In this document: piece after piece, positions 47,839 through 57,249 of the stretch
Numbering within the stretch: position 1 is the stretch's first letter
How the letters are laid out: each line of letters starts with the position of its first letter
From: a virus
Virus record (IMG/VR): IMGVR_UViG_3300043568_000598
Span: 21,431-85,430 of that record
DNA: 64,000 nucleotides
Strand: one strand, 5' to 3'
Notes under the pieces: model-generated
Database searches by the model: none
What the model was told of the DNA's origin: nothing
The model's input: the letters and a program-made list of their open reading frames with translations, nothing else
Position numbers and translations under genes: made by a program

Positions 47839-48401
47839 CTATCACTCCGGAATACACAGAAAGTTTAAAAAAACTTCACGAAAGAAAAACATTCGGAATT
47901 CGAACAACAATACCTTCTGAAGTTATTAGATGTATTACGGAGTATAACATACAAAGTATTTTAGATTTTGGTTGCGGCAAAGGCAATGTTGTTACAGAAT
48001 TAAAAAAAATGTTTCCAAATTTAATTGTGTACGGATATGATCCAGCCCAAGAAGAATTTAATTCGTTACCGAGCAATGTTGACATGATATTCAGTACTGA
48101 TGTATTAGAACATGTTGAGCCGCATTTATTAGATAAAACTTTATTAGAGTTGTCCAACAAAACTAATAAAGTAATGTATCATTTAATTGCATGTCATCCT
48201 GCAAAAAAATACTTACCAGATGGACGAAATGCGCATCTTATAATAGAAACTCCAAATTGGTGGCAAGAAAAACTATTATCGATAGTAAAATGGAAGATGT
48301 ACAATGAGATGGTCGATGAGTACACGGCTCAACCTAAAAAAGGCCAAACAATTCAAATTGTAAAATATTCAGTAACTTTAGAAAAAAATGGGATCACTTA
48401 A
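47835..48401 (+). CDS. Class I SAM methyltransferase
   Basis: ILDFGCGKG, GYDP, STDVLEHV, DGRNAHL. Confidence 0.85.
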   Translation: MTITPEYTESLKKLHERKTFGIRTTIPSEVIRCITEYNIQSILDFGCGKGNVVTELKKMFPNLIVYGYDPAQEEFNSLPSNVDMIFSTDVLEHVEPHLLDKTLLELSNKTNKVMYHLIACHPAKKYLPDGRNAHLIIETPNWWQEKLLSIVKWKMYNEMVDEYTAQPKKGQTIQIVKYSVTLEKNGIT

Positions 48402-48636
48402 ACCTGGTGCAACATATATCTATGAAAAAGCAGACGGTATAACCTATGCTAGAGAGTTTGGCGCACCGCATAATGATCGATTCGAAATTGGCAGAGACTA
48501 TCAACGATTCTTACAAGACGAACTACAACTTTGGGAAGAAATAGTTCGAGAAGGTCGGACAAATCCAGTATTGCAAGACGCCCTAGATCGTGTTAAAATT
48601 GTATATCACTTGAGTAAAGACCATGGCAAAAAATAA
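48388..48636 (+). CDS. Hypothetical protein
   Basis: 82 aa; IYEKADG.TYAREFG; overlaps neighbours. Confidence 0.7.
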   Translation: MGSLKPGATYIYEKADGITYAREFGAPHNDRFEIGRDYQRFLQDELQLWEEIVREGRTNPVLQDALDRVKIVYHLSKDHGKK

Positions 48637-49102
48637 ACACGTAGACCTTTTTAAAGACATAATACCTTGCGTAGATCAGGGTATCAAAGAACTTTGGGAT
48701 GCTGCCACAGAAGAAGGCCGCAAAGAAATCAAAGGCGATCTGTGGAATCTCAATCGGTATATCAGTAGTGTATCGGGCTCTAACAGAGAAATACAAGAAC
48801 ACTATCTACTCACAGTTAATCAATACTATAATAAAAACTGGGCAAACATCAGTCAACATCCCAAGCTACAATGGTTGACGTTAGTAGCCTGTAGTCATGA
48901 AAGCAAGGCCAAACAGTTTCATGAGTGGATCGCTCTGAAAAAAGAAAAGAACAAGAAAGAAGAATTCCTTGCTACGATATTTCCAACGATGAAGAGGGCA
49001 GACATTGCTACACTTGCAGTTATTACCACAGATAGAGAAATCAAAGACTATTGTCAAAACCTTGGCTGGGACAAAAAAGAAGTCAATGCAATTAAATTTT
49101 AA
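48623..49102 (+). CDS. Putative clamp-loader small subunit (gp62-like)
   Basis: LNRYISS, VNQYYN, HPKLQWL, HEWI. Confidence 0.55.
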   Translation: MAKNKHVDLFKDIIPCVDQGIKELWDAATEEGRKEIKGDLWNLNRYISSVSGSNREIQEHYLLTVNQYYNKNWANISQHPKLQWLTLVACSHESKAKQFHEWIALKKEKNKKEEFLATIFPTMKRADIATLAVITTDREIKDYCQNLGWDKKEVNAIKF

Positions 49103-49769
49103 ATGCGAACATTGCAGTAAATTATTTGCCAAAGAAAAAACTTTGGTTGTGCATATTTGTGAACAGAAACGTCGCCATCTCAGCCGTAATGAAAAACATG
49201 TGTTGATGGGACTGTTGACCTTTCAAAGATTTTATCAACTTACGCAGAAAGCTCAACAGCCCAAGACATTTGAAGAGTTTGCCACTTCCAGTTTCTATAC
49301 AGCCTTTGTGAAATTCGGTAGTTTCTTGGTCAATACAGCACCTATATACCCCGAACGATTTGTGGACTATGTGGTCAAGAGCGGAGTTAAACTGGATCAT
49401 TGGTGTAGAGATGAATTATATCAAAACTATATTGCAGAATTGATCAAAGTAGAGCCAGCCGACGGTGCTATACAACGCAGTATCATGACCATGATGAGCT
49501 GGGGTGAATCAAATTCTGCAGCATGGGAACATTATTTTTCCTACGTAAATCTAAATCGGGCCACACATGACATTAAAGAAGGGTTAGTGTCACCATGGAT
49601 GATATTAAATACCCGAGCAGGCAAAGAAATGTTGACTCGTATGAATGACGAACAGCTAGAGATCATCGGCCCTGTGATAGATCCTCAGTTTTGGCTGCGT
49701 AGATTTAAAGCTCTACCAGCAGATCATGAATTAGTAAAAGATGTCATCAAGGAGGCCAAAATACTGTGA
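49086..49769 (+). CDS. Protein with N-terminal C2H2/C2HC-like zinc finger
   Basis: FKCEHCSKLF...LVVHICE; start at ATG 49086. Confidence 0.7.
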   Translation: MQLNFKCEHCSKLFAKEKTLVVHICEQKRRHLSRNEKHVLMGLLTFQRFYQLTQKAQQPKTFEEFATSSFYTAFVKFGSFLVNTAPIYPERFVDYVVKSGVKLDHWCRDELYQNYIAELIKVEPADGAIQRSIMTMMSWGESNSAAWEHYFSYVNLNRATHDIKEGLVSPWMILNTRAGKEMLTRMNDEQLEIIGPVIDPQFWLRRFKALPADHELVKDVIKEAKIL

Positions 49770-49963
49770 CAGAAGAAAACAAACAAGAATTAATTTCTAG
49801 TGATGACATTGATATAGAGGTTATGAGTACAGAAGAAGACAATGAGCATTGTGTGTATGTTAAATTTTCAAACTTCGCTGACGAAGAATCTGCAGAAGAA
49901 TATGCACAATTTTTAGCAGAAACATTACCGTTGTTGTTATTTGAAACTACAAGGATGCAATAA
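49766..49963 (+). CDS. Hypothetical acidic protein
   Basis: 65 aa; GTGA-coupled; AAGGAGG Shine-Dalgarno. Confidence 0.7.
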   Translation: MTEENKQELISSDDIDIEVMSTEEDNEHCVYVKFSNFADEESAEEYAQFLAETLPLLLFETTRMQ

Positions 49964-50163
49964 TGAGTAGACAGTTATTAGATGGCAGCGTAGTTGAAGA
50001 ACAGGATACAGCATCAGAGCTCAGTATCAGAACCAAATGCCCAGCCAAGTGGTTATTAGTTGACAGAGAAACTGGAGAAATATACACTGCCTATACTACT
50101 CCAGGTCCACGTCAATGGAAGAAAATTGATTATGCTACATGGAGCCCTCCAACTGATGCCTGA
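49963..50163 (+). CDS. Hypothetical protein
   Basis: 66 aa; TKCPAKW.LVD.ETGE.Y; TAATG coupling. Confidence 0.7.
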   Translation: MSRQLLDGSVVEEQDTASELSIRTKCPAKWLLVDRETGEIYTAYTTPGPRQWKKIDYATWSPPTDA

Positions 50164-50734
50164 CATAGATATAGATTTTGTGGATAGAGATTCCGCATTA
50201 AAATTATTCAAACATATACCAGCCAGCCGTGTTGACAACGAAACGCTGACCAAACATAACACAGGTGTATATTTACAAAGTGTTCCGATGGATGCTGAGA
50301 AAGCTGTGTGCAGTGTACCGTACGATCACAGTGACGCGGATCAATATTTCAAGATTGATTTTTTAAATGTGGGTATCTACAAAGGTGTTCGAGATGAGGC
50401 ACACCTTATTCAACTCATGGAGACTGAGCCATTATGGGATCTATTACAAGACAACGATTTCGTCCAGAACCTGTTCCATGTGAATGGGCATGGGTCTATT
50501 CTGAGACAAATGAAACCAGAATCTATAGAGCAGTTGGCCGCAGTACTGGCAATGATCCGACCCGCGAAACGTTATCTGATTGGGAAAGAATGGACTACGG
50601 TGATGACAGAAGTTTGGATGAAACCTGACAATGAAGAATACTTCTTCAAGCAATCGCATGCCACTGCATATGCTGTGGCCATTGTGGTGCAGATGAATTT
50701 AATCTGTGAACAGATCAGTTACGGATATCAATAA
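50156..50734 (+). CDS. Miniature family-C DNA polymerase (DnaE palm/fingers core only)
   Basis: 192 aa: MPDIDIDF, KHNTGV, FKIDFL, KP.SIEQLAAVLAMIRP, YFFKQSHATAYA; GGAG Shine-Dalgarno upstream. Confidence 0.85.
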   Translation: MPDIDIDFVDRDSALKLFKHIPASRVDNETLTKHNTGVYLQSVPMDAEKAVCSVPYDHSDADQYFKIDFLNVGIYKGVRDEAHLIQLMETEPLWDLLQDNDFVQNLFHVNGHGSILRQMKPESIEQLAAVLAMIRPAKRYLIGKEWTTVMTEVWMKPDNEEYFFKQSHATAYAVAIVVQMNLICEQISYGYQ

Positions 50735-51387
50735 TGGAAACTGTTAATCTTTCAAATATCGGTATTGTTAAATCCCGAGCCAGTCCTGAATTGTTATCAA
50801 TTATTGGAGCAGAAATATCAAAAATCCAATCAGATTTTTCTAAAGCAGTTGCTAAAAATCAAACTCTTGCTGGCAATATCTTGCACGAATATCAACTTTT
50901 TGATTGTTGTTCCGCCCTAGAAATAAAGACTCGAGAAATGGCTATGTTGCACCAGGAAACATATAGTGATAATTATACTACTGGTTTAAATGCACATACT
51001 AATATATTAGAAAGCGGTAAAATACCTAAACTAAAATTAAAAAGCGCATGGGTTAACTTTCAGCAAAAGGGAGAATTTAATCCGTTACATAATCACACAG
51101 GATTATATAGTTTTGTTTTATGGTATAAAATTCCTTACTATGCTAACATAGAAGAAAGAGCTGGACCTGGTAGAAAATCTAAAAATCAGTTATCTGGAAA
51201 GTTTCAATTTCATTATACAGACATTCTTGGAAATATAACCGGCGCGGCATTACCAATAGATAAACAATGGGAAGGACAGATATTATTATTTCCATCGTTG
51301 CTCAACCACTCCGTTTATCCATTTTACAGCAGCAATGATTATAGAATAAGTATAGCAGGTAATTTATTTCTAGTACAGGAAGATTAA
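50734..51387 (+). CDS. Putative Fe(II)/2OG oxygenase (HxH type); paralogue of 5020..5685
   Basis: WVNFQQKGEFNPLHNHTG.YSFVLW, LNHSVYPFYS, RISIAGN. Confidence 0.82.
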   Translation: METVNLSNIGIVKSRASPELLSIIGAEISKIQSDFSKAVAKNQTLAGNILHEYQLFDCCSALEIKTREMAMLHQETYSDNYTTGLNAHTNILESGKIPKLKLKSAWVNFQQKGEFNPLHNHTGLYSFVLWYKIPYYANIEERAGPGRKSKNQLSGKFQFHYTDILGNITGAALPIDKQWEGQILLFPSLLNHSVYPFYSSNDYRISIAGNLFLVQED

Positions 51388-51388
51388 T

Positions 51389-51982
51389 ATGCAACCATTT
51401 AAAATAATAGATAATGTCATTTCAAAAGAATATCAAGATTATATTGAAGAACTTCTGTTAAACAGCAATGACTTGCCTTGGTTTTTAAATAGGAATCTCA
51501 ATGATCATGATCAAACTGATAATTCATTACCTGGGTTGGCTATTCAATCTATCAGTGACGGGAAAGATCATGGTATGCTGGCATTGATATTTAGAAGCTT
51601 GGCGTATAGTTTGGCAGAAAAACTTGATATTTCAATTAATGAAATTTTCAACGCTAGAACATTTTTACAACTACCTGGCGGTAATCTCAGCGAAACAATT
51701 GCAAGAGAATACCATGTAGATTATGCTAAACCGCATAAAGTATTATTGTATTATGTGAATGATTCGGACGGTGATACTATAGTATTGAAACAAAAATATC
51801 CTTTCTCACACAATAGGATCAGTGGTCTGACTCAAGGAGAGATATTACAAACGATATCTCCAAAAAAAGGAAGAGTAGTGATGTTTGACGGATCACATTT
51901 TCATTCTAGTACCGTGCCCAGCAAACAACTAAGATGTGTAATTAATATAGACGTTACATTGACAAGTTATAAAAACAGTTAA
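51389..51982 (+). CDS. Fe(II)/2OG oxygenase (HxD type)
   Basis: YHVD, LYYVNDSDGDT, PKKGR..MFDG..FHSS..P, RCVININ. Confidence 0.85.
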   Translation: MQPFKIIDNVISKEYQDYIEELLLNSNDLPWFLNRNLNDHDQTDNSLPGLAIQSISDGKDHGMLALIFRSLAYSLAEKLDISINEIFNARTFLQLPGGNLSETIAREYHVDYAKPHKVLLYYVNDSDGDTIVLKQKYPFSHNRISGLTQGEILQTISPKKGRVVMFDGSHFHSSTVPSKQLRCVINIDVTLTSYKNS

Positions 51983-52350
51983 ACTATCTTTCTAACTAGA
52001 GTAATTGATTTACGCTTGATTCTCTTGACAATAATATCGTTGAGACTGGTGCAAGGCCCATGCACAAGTTTGACATCTTTGGTTGAGAAATTCTTGATCA
52101 CATATCTAAAATCAAGAATTTCGCGAGCCAAGAAGATATTGATAGGAATTTGCCTGTTGGACTCCCACCACCATGCTTCTCCTAGCTCTATAAACCGCTG
52201 TTTTTCTTCGTCGGTTTTTATAGCAGAATAGTCGTACATGCTGGTGACCTGAGCATCTTGGTTGATAATGATGCCCACATATTCGTGGCTGACATGCACT
52301 ATAACGCTGATAAAAGGGAAATTTTCTTGTAGGTTAGTTGTTATTCTCAT
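51979..52350 (-). CDS. Hypothetical protein
   Basis: 123 aa; EYVGIIIN, WWWESNRQIPINIFL. Confidence 0.75.
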   Translation of the reverse strand: MRITTNLQENFPFISVIVHVSHEYVGIIINQDAQVTSMYDYSAIKTDEEKQRFIELGEAWWWESNRQIPINIFLAREILDFRYVIKNFSTKDVKLVHGPCTSLNDIIVKRIKRKSITLVRKIV

Positions 52351-52381
52351 TCGATAAATACTGCTAAAGGTCCATTAGTGT

Positions 52382-53209
52382 ATGCAATTCAATCCTGTTT
52401 ATTTGTATGTCAACAAACTCGATGTATTTACCACCCCGACGGACACTTGGTCAACTGAGAGGTATCGTAGAGTGTACAATAGAAATCTAAAAATATTTCG
52501 TGGTGTTGATAATCGCATTGACATCCAGGTTCGTAATAGTGATCAAAAAGCCAGCAACATCGCAGGCAGCACTTTGGTATTTAATCTCGTAAGCCAGGCC
52601 ACTAAAGATTTAATACTACAGAAAGATTTCACAGCCATGGATCTTGCCACAGGCAAAGTCACTGTAATAGTCACTGCCGACGATCTCTTAGATCTTGACA
52701 TTGGATTCTATAATTACAGTATAATCAAGGAAGTTCGATCTACTGTAGACAGCACAGACTACACTGTGACTTCTAAAATGCCATTATATATGGACAGTCA
52801 ATACTCCACAGTGGGCACTCTGGAGATTACCGGAGATGTATACGGCGGTGTAGCAGACAGCGTAAACGTCAGTACTTTCAACTATACTAATCCTTTCACT
52901 CAAGGTGAAGACGAACCGTTTCCGTGGTACGTCAGCGAAATCATAGATGCTGCACCCAATACATCACCGGCATACCCTATACACACATTCCAATTTTATA
53001 CAACCAATTACACAGGCACGGTAGAGATTCAGGCCAGTCTTGACGCTCAGGGTGCTACGCCTAGAGAAACCAAATGGGCTACCATAGCCACTGTAAATTT
53101 GCTCACAGAGCAATATAAAAACGTCACAGGCAAGTACAATTGGTTTAGAATCAAGCACACTCCGGCAACAAACAACACAGGAACCGTTGACAAGATACTG
53201 TATAGATAG
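52382..53209 (+). CDS. Putative structural (baseplate-like, beta-rich) protein
   Basis: LKIFRGVDN.I, N.DQK, G.Y.YS, YTGTV.IQASL; late TAAATA upstream. Confidence 0.6.
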   Translation: MQFNPVYLYVNKLDVFTTPTDTWSTERYRRVYNRNLKIFRGVDNRIDIQVRNSDQKASNIAGSTLVFNLVSQATKDLILQKDFTAMDLATGKVTVIVTADDLLDLDIGFYNYSIIKEVRSTVDSTDYTVTSKMPLYMDSQYSTVGTLEITGDVYGGVADSVNVSTFNYTNPFTQGEDEPFPWYVSEIIDAAPNTSPAYPIHTFQFYTTNYTGTVEIQASLDAQGATPRETKWATIATVNLLTEQYKNVTGKYNWFRIKHTPATNNTGTVDKILYR

Positions 53210-53215
53210 TATACT
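53187..53215 (+). promoter_or_regulatory. Sigma70-type promoter for primase (leaderless)
   Basis: TTGACA-N17-TATACT-tgtagt-ATG. Confidence 0.75.
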
Positions 53216-53221
53216 TGTAGT

Positions 53222-54241
53222 ATGACTCTTGTCGTTGATAAATTTCGAACACTACTGCCGCCTCGTGCTAAATCCAGCCCATCAGGTTGGACATCATTCA
53301 ACGCACCCTGTTGCCAGCATAGAGGCCATAGTCCAGATACTCGCAAACGTGCTGGTATAAGATTTGACGGTAATGGCGTAGTCTATAACTGTTTTAATTG
53401 CAAATTTACCACTGGATGGCAACCTGGCAGCAGCATCGGCGAGAAGATGAAAACGCTGTGCAGATGGTTGGGGGCCAGCGAAGACACTATCAAAGAATTA
53501 GTGTTTGAGGCACTGAAAACCGAAGGCAATGAGTATCAACCGTTGGCGCAGCAGACTCAGTTGACATTTGAAGATAAACCATTACCAGAAGGTGCAATGC
53601 CTTTGTTAGAATGGGTAAACAGTAAGTATTGGAAAGACATCCAACACGAACTTGAACCAGTTATTGCATATGTTGTTAGCCGAGGCTACGATCCGTTTGA
53701 CGGTAACTATTATTGGAGTCCTGCTCCTGGCTACGACGGCAGAGTAATAATTCCTTTTATGTGGGAAGGTCGTGTTGTAGGGAATACTGCACGAAAAGTA
53801 ACTGCTGGTAAACTCAAATATCTTTCAGACCAACACCCTCATTTTGTATTCAACTTTGATCAACAAAAAGAAAATCAGAAGTATATATTTGTATGTGAAG
53901 GCCCCTTTGATGCTCTAGCAGTCGGTGGTGTTGCACTGCTTACCAATGAGATTGCTGAACAGCAAAGTCGTATTATTAATAGTTTGGGTGCAGAAGTTAT
54001 TGTAATTCCCGATCAAGATCGAGCGGGGTTGGTGTTGTTTGATCGTGCAGCAGAACTTGGGTGGGCAATAGCTATGCCCAACTGGGACTCTGATGTAAAA
54101 GATGTAGCAGACGCAGTATTAAGGTATGGAAAATTGTTTGTGATTGTTGATGCAATAAAAACTGCACAACAAGGGCAAATCAAAATCAACATGGCCAAGA
54201 AGCAACAAGAACATAAATTGGAACTATTAGAAAATGTTTAA
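53222..54241 (+). CDS. DNA primase (gp61-like; Zn ribbon + TOPRIM)
   Basis: PCC.H...YNCFNC, RVIIPF, CEGPFDA, PDQD.AG, KDVAD. Confidence 0.9.
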   Translation: MTLVVDKFRTLLPPRAKSSPSGWTSFNAPCCQHRGHSPDTRKRAGIRFDGNGVVYNCFNCKFTTGWQPGSSIGEKMKTLCRWLGASEDTIKELVFEALKTEGNEYQPLAQQTQLTFEDKPLPEGAMPLLEWVNSKYWKDIQHELEPVIAYVVSRGYDPFDGNYYWSPAPGYDGRVIIPFMWEGRVVGNTARKVTAGKLKYLSDQHPHFVFNFDQQKENQKYIFVCEGPFDALAVGGVALLTNEIAEQQSRIINSLGAEVIVIPDQDRAGLVLFDRAAELGWAIAMPNWDSDVKDVADAVLRYGKLFVIVDAIKTAQQGQIKINMAKKQQEHKLELLENV

Positions 54242-54350
54242 AAGAATAATAGATTTTCTGCTCTATCCTTGGAACAGATATCAAGAACACCGAAGATTCA
54301 AACGTAAGTTGAAAGAACTACGTAAACGTGATCCGTTTATCTACAAATGA
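54234..54350 (+). CDS. 38-aa basic peptide ending RDPFIYK, coupled to the carbamoyltransferase
   Basis: Below the track cut-off: MFKRIIDFLLYPWNRYQEHRRFKRKLKELRKRDPFIYK; overlaps the primase stop and shares ATGA with the next gene. Confidence 0.75.
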   Translation: MFKRIIDFLLYPWNRYQEHRRFKRKLKELRKRDPFIYK

Positions 54351-55816
54351 TTACTTGGGGAATCTCTGCTGCCAGCCATAACGCTGCCCTGGCCGTGTTT
54401 CGAGATAATCAATTGGTATTTGCCAGCGAAAGCGAAAGATTCAGCGGAGTAAAAAACGATCCTGACCTCAATCAGAAGTTAGTAGATCATGCAAGAACAT
54501 TCGGCGAGCCTGATCGTGTATGCTGGTACGAAAAGCCATGGAGGAAAACTCTAAGGCAGTTGACAGCAGGTCAGGGCTGGCATGATAATAATGTTAAGAG
54601 ATATCTCAAGAAGTATAATATTACAGCACCCGTTCGCACTGTAGATCATCATCTCAGCCATGCGGCTGCAGGATATTTCACCAGTGAATTTGACAATGCC
54701 TGTGTACTGGTAATTGATGCCATCGGTGAATTTGAAACAATGACCCAATGGGAAGCTGTAGGCGACAAGTTAACCAAACAGCGCAGTGTAGAATATCCCA
54801 ACAGTCTCGGCCTGTGGTATTCTGCAATGACACAGCGAATTGGGCTCAAACCCAATGAAGAAGAATATATTCTGATGGGCATGGCAGCATTAGGCAATCC
54901 TAATAAATTAACCAGAGATCTGTTAACTGATTTTGTTGCATTGCCTAATGACGATTATCAATTGCCTTTTAGAATAAAAAACAATCTACATCGTGGCTGT
55001 GAGTCTTGGCGTCAAGATCTCAATACCATGAATGACCGATTTAATATCGCAGCTGCCACTCAGGCAGTTTATGAATTGGCTTTTGAAAGAATACTGCAAA
55101 CAGCCATGTCTACTACCAACAGTCGCAATCTTGTGCTGATGGGAGGGTGTGCATTGAACTGTGCCGCTAATCACATAGCCTTTAAGTATTTTGATCGTGT
55201 ATGGATCATGCCTGCGCCCGGAGACAGCGGCAGCAGTATAGGTGCAGTCTTAGCAGATCGTAAACAACATACAACTTGGCCTGGACCATATCTAGGTTAC
55301 GATATGGGGTATACCGCCACTAACAGAGAAATTGTTGAATATATCACAACCCATAAGATCTGCGGAGTGGCACGTGGTCGTGCAGAATTTGGACCTAGAG
55401 CATTAGGCAATAGAAGTCTCGTAGCAGATCCTCGAGGCCCACAAGTCAAGGATCGAGTTAACATGATCAAAGGCAGAGAAAATTTTAGACCATTCGCTCC
55501 TGCAATCCTAGAAGAACATGCAGATCGATATTTTGAAATGCCCACAGAAAAAACTCCTTACATGCAGTTCACTGCCAAATGTCGCAAACCTGATTCATAC
55601 CCTGCTATCATACATGCAGATGGCACCAGCAGAGTTCAAACCGTAGGCAAGAACGATAATCCAGAATTTAGAGCCTTGCTAGAAACTTGGTATGATCTCA
55701 CCGGCTGTCCTATGCTGTTGAATACCAGTCTTAACATCAAAGGCAAGCCCATGGTCAATGATCACGCAGATCGACTGAATTGGCAGGCCAAGCATGGTTT
55801 ACCTGTGTTTAATTAG
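54347..55816 (+). CDS. Carbamoyltransferase (CmcH/NodU/TobZ family)
   Basis: ERFS..KND, HHLSHAA, IDAIGE, YILMGMA, MGGCALN, GDSGSSIGA, EFGPRALGNRS, RPFAP, DGTSRVQTV, LNTSLN. Confidence 0.95.
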   Translation: MITWGISAASHNAALAVFRDNQLVFASESERFSGVKNDPDLNQKLVDHARTFGEPDRVCWYEKPWRKTLRQLTAGQGWHDNNVKRYLKKYNITAPVRTVDHHLSHAAAGYFTSEFDNACVLVIDAIGEFETMTQWEAVGDKLTKQRSVEYPNSLGLWYSAMTQRIGLKPNEEEYILMGMAALGNPNKLTRDLLTDFVALPNDDYQLPFRIKNNLHRGCESWRQDLNTMNDRFNIAAATQAVYELAFERILQTAMSTTNSRNLVLMGGCALNCAANHIAFKYFDRVWIMPAPGDSGSSIGAVLADRKQHTTWPGPYLGYDMGYTATNREIVEYITTHKICGVARGRAEFGPRALGNRSLVADPRGPQVKDRVNMIKGRENFRPFAPAILEEHADRYFEMPTEKTPYMQFTAKCRKPDSYPAIIHADGTSRVQTVGKNDNPEFRALLETWYDLTGCPMLLNTSLNIKGKPMVNDHADRLNWQAKHGLPVFN

Positions 55817-55833
55817 AGTGTATAATATATTAT

Positions 55834-57249
55834 ATGATAAAAGATTACGGATACGAAATACAAAAGTTATATCTTGAACTCATGCTGGCAGATGCAGAAG
55901 TGTTTGTTCGCTGTCAAGGTATTTTTGATCACAGCCTGTTTGATCGAAAACTACAAGATGCCGCAGAGTTTGTGAATGTGTATGCCAAAGAATATAGTGT
56001 GCTGCCAGACTATGACATGGTAAATGCTTCTTGTAGAACTGATTTAAAGCGACCAGAAGAGATCAAAGAAGGCCACAATACTTGGCTCATGGATGAGTTT
56101 GAAAAGTTCACACAACATAAAGCATTAGAACGTGCAATCATTCAATCAGCCGATCTTCTTGAAAAACATGATTACGGTGCAGTAGAGGTTCTAATCAAAG
56201 AAGCAGTACAGATTGGTCTTGCTCGCGACATGGGTACAGATTACTTTGCTGATCCTCGCGGCAGACTGTTAGGCATCAAAGACAAGAACGGACAAGTAAG
56301 CACAGGCTGGCCCTGTATGGATCGTAAACTGTTTGGTGGTATGAATCGCGGTGAATTGAATATCTTTGCAGGTGGATCAGGTGCAGGTAAATCATTATTC
56401 TTGGCTAATCTAGGTGTTAACTGGGCCTTGGCAGGTTTGAATGTGGTATATCTAACACTAGAACTTTCAGAAGCACTGGTCAGTATGCGTATCGATGCAA
56501 TGATAACAGGCACGTCGACTAAAGACATTTTCAAAGAATTAGATGATGTTGAAATGAAAGTTAAAATGATTGGCAAGAAGTCAGGCATGTTACAGATCAA
56601 ATATATGCCTTCAGGTAAGACTGCCAACGACATTCGCGCATATCTAAAAGAATATGAAATCAAAGTAGGCAAGAAAGTAGATGTATTGTTAGTCGACTAC
56701 TTAGACTTGTTGATGCCTGTGAGCAAGAAGATTAGCCCAGCAGACTTGTTTATCAAAGACAAGTATGTGTCAGAAGAACTGCGCAATCTAGCAGTGGAAA
56801 AGAACTGTGTGTTTGTGACAGCGGCGCAGTTGAATCGTGGTGCTGTAGAAGAAGTAGAGTTTGATCATAGTCATATTAGTGGTGGCTTATCTAAGATCCA
56901 GACAGCAGACAATGTGTTTGGTATCTTTACAAGTCGTGCTATGCGTGAACGTGGACGCTATCAAATTCAGTTAATGAAGACACGTTCATCAAGTGGTGTG
57001 GGCATGAAGATTGATCTAGAATTTAATCTAGAAAGTCTGCGTATCAGTGATCTTCCAGAAGACGAACAAGAAAGCACAAATGGTGGATCTCGCGGCGGAT
57101 CCAGCATCATTGAACAGATCAAACGTAAAACTGAGATCAGCAATAGAGAAGAACCCTCTGAAGGCATACCTGTGGCCAAGGTGCGAGCACAGGTCGAAAG
57201 CACTAAACTTCGTGAAATTTTAAACAGCATGAACGCAGATGAAGAGTAA
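55834..57249 (+). CDS. Replicative DnaB-like helicase (gp41-like)
   Basis: GGSGAGKS, TLELSE, VDYLDL, AAQLNR, MKTR. Confidence 0.93.
   Translation: MIKDYGYEIQKLYLELMLADAEVFVRCQGIFDHSLFDRKLQDAAEFVNVYAKEYSVLPDYDMVNASCRTDLKRPEEIKEGHNTWLMDEFEKFTQHKALERAIIQSADLLEKHDYGAVEVLIKEAVQIGLARDMGTDYFADPRGRLLGIKDKNGQVSTGWPCMDRKLFGGMNRGELNIFAGGSGAGKSLFLANLGVNWALAGLNVVYLTLELSEALVSMRIDAMITGTSTKDIFKELDDVEMKVKMIGKKSGMLQIKYMPSGKTANDIRAYLKEYEIKVGKKVDVLLVDYLDLLMPVSKKISPADLFIKDKYVSEELRNLAVEKNCVFVTAAQLNRGAVEEVEFDHSHISGGLSKIQTADNVFGIFTSRAMRERGRYQIQLMKTRSSSGVGMKIDLEFNLESLRISDLPEDEQESTNGGSRGGSSIIEQIKRKTEISNREEPSEGIPVAKVRAQVESTKLREILNSMNADEE

Noticed and set aside
50060-50155. N-terminal extension of the mini-DnaE, and similar extensions at 23871, 31589, 37595, 45474, 49005 and 60059
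   Set aside because: They overlap upstream genes; downstream starts have better Shine-Dalgarno or TAAATA support and begin at the conserved motif.
26431-57249. Inteins or introns in terminase, UvsX, UvsW, primase or helicase
   Set aside because: Lengths are ordinary, motifs are contiguous and no splice-junction signatures were seen.
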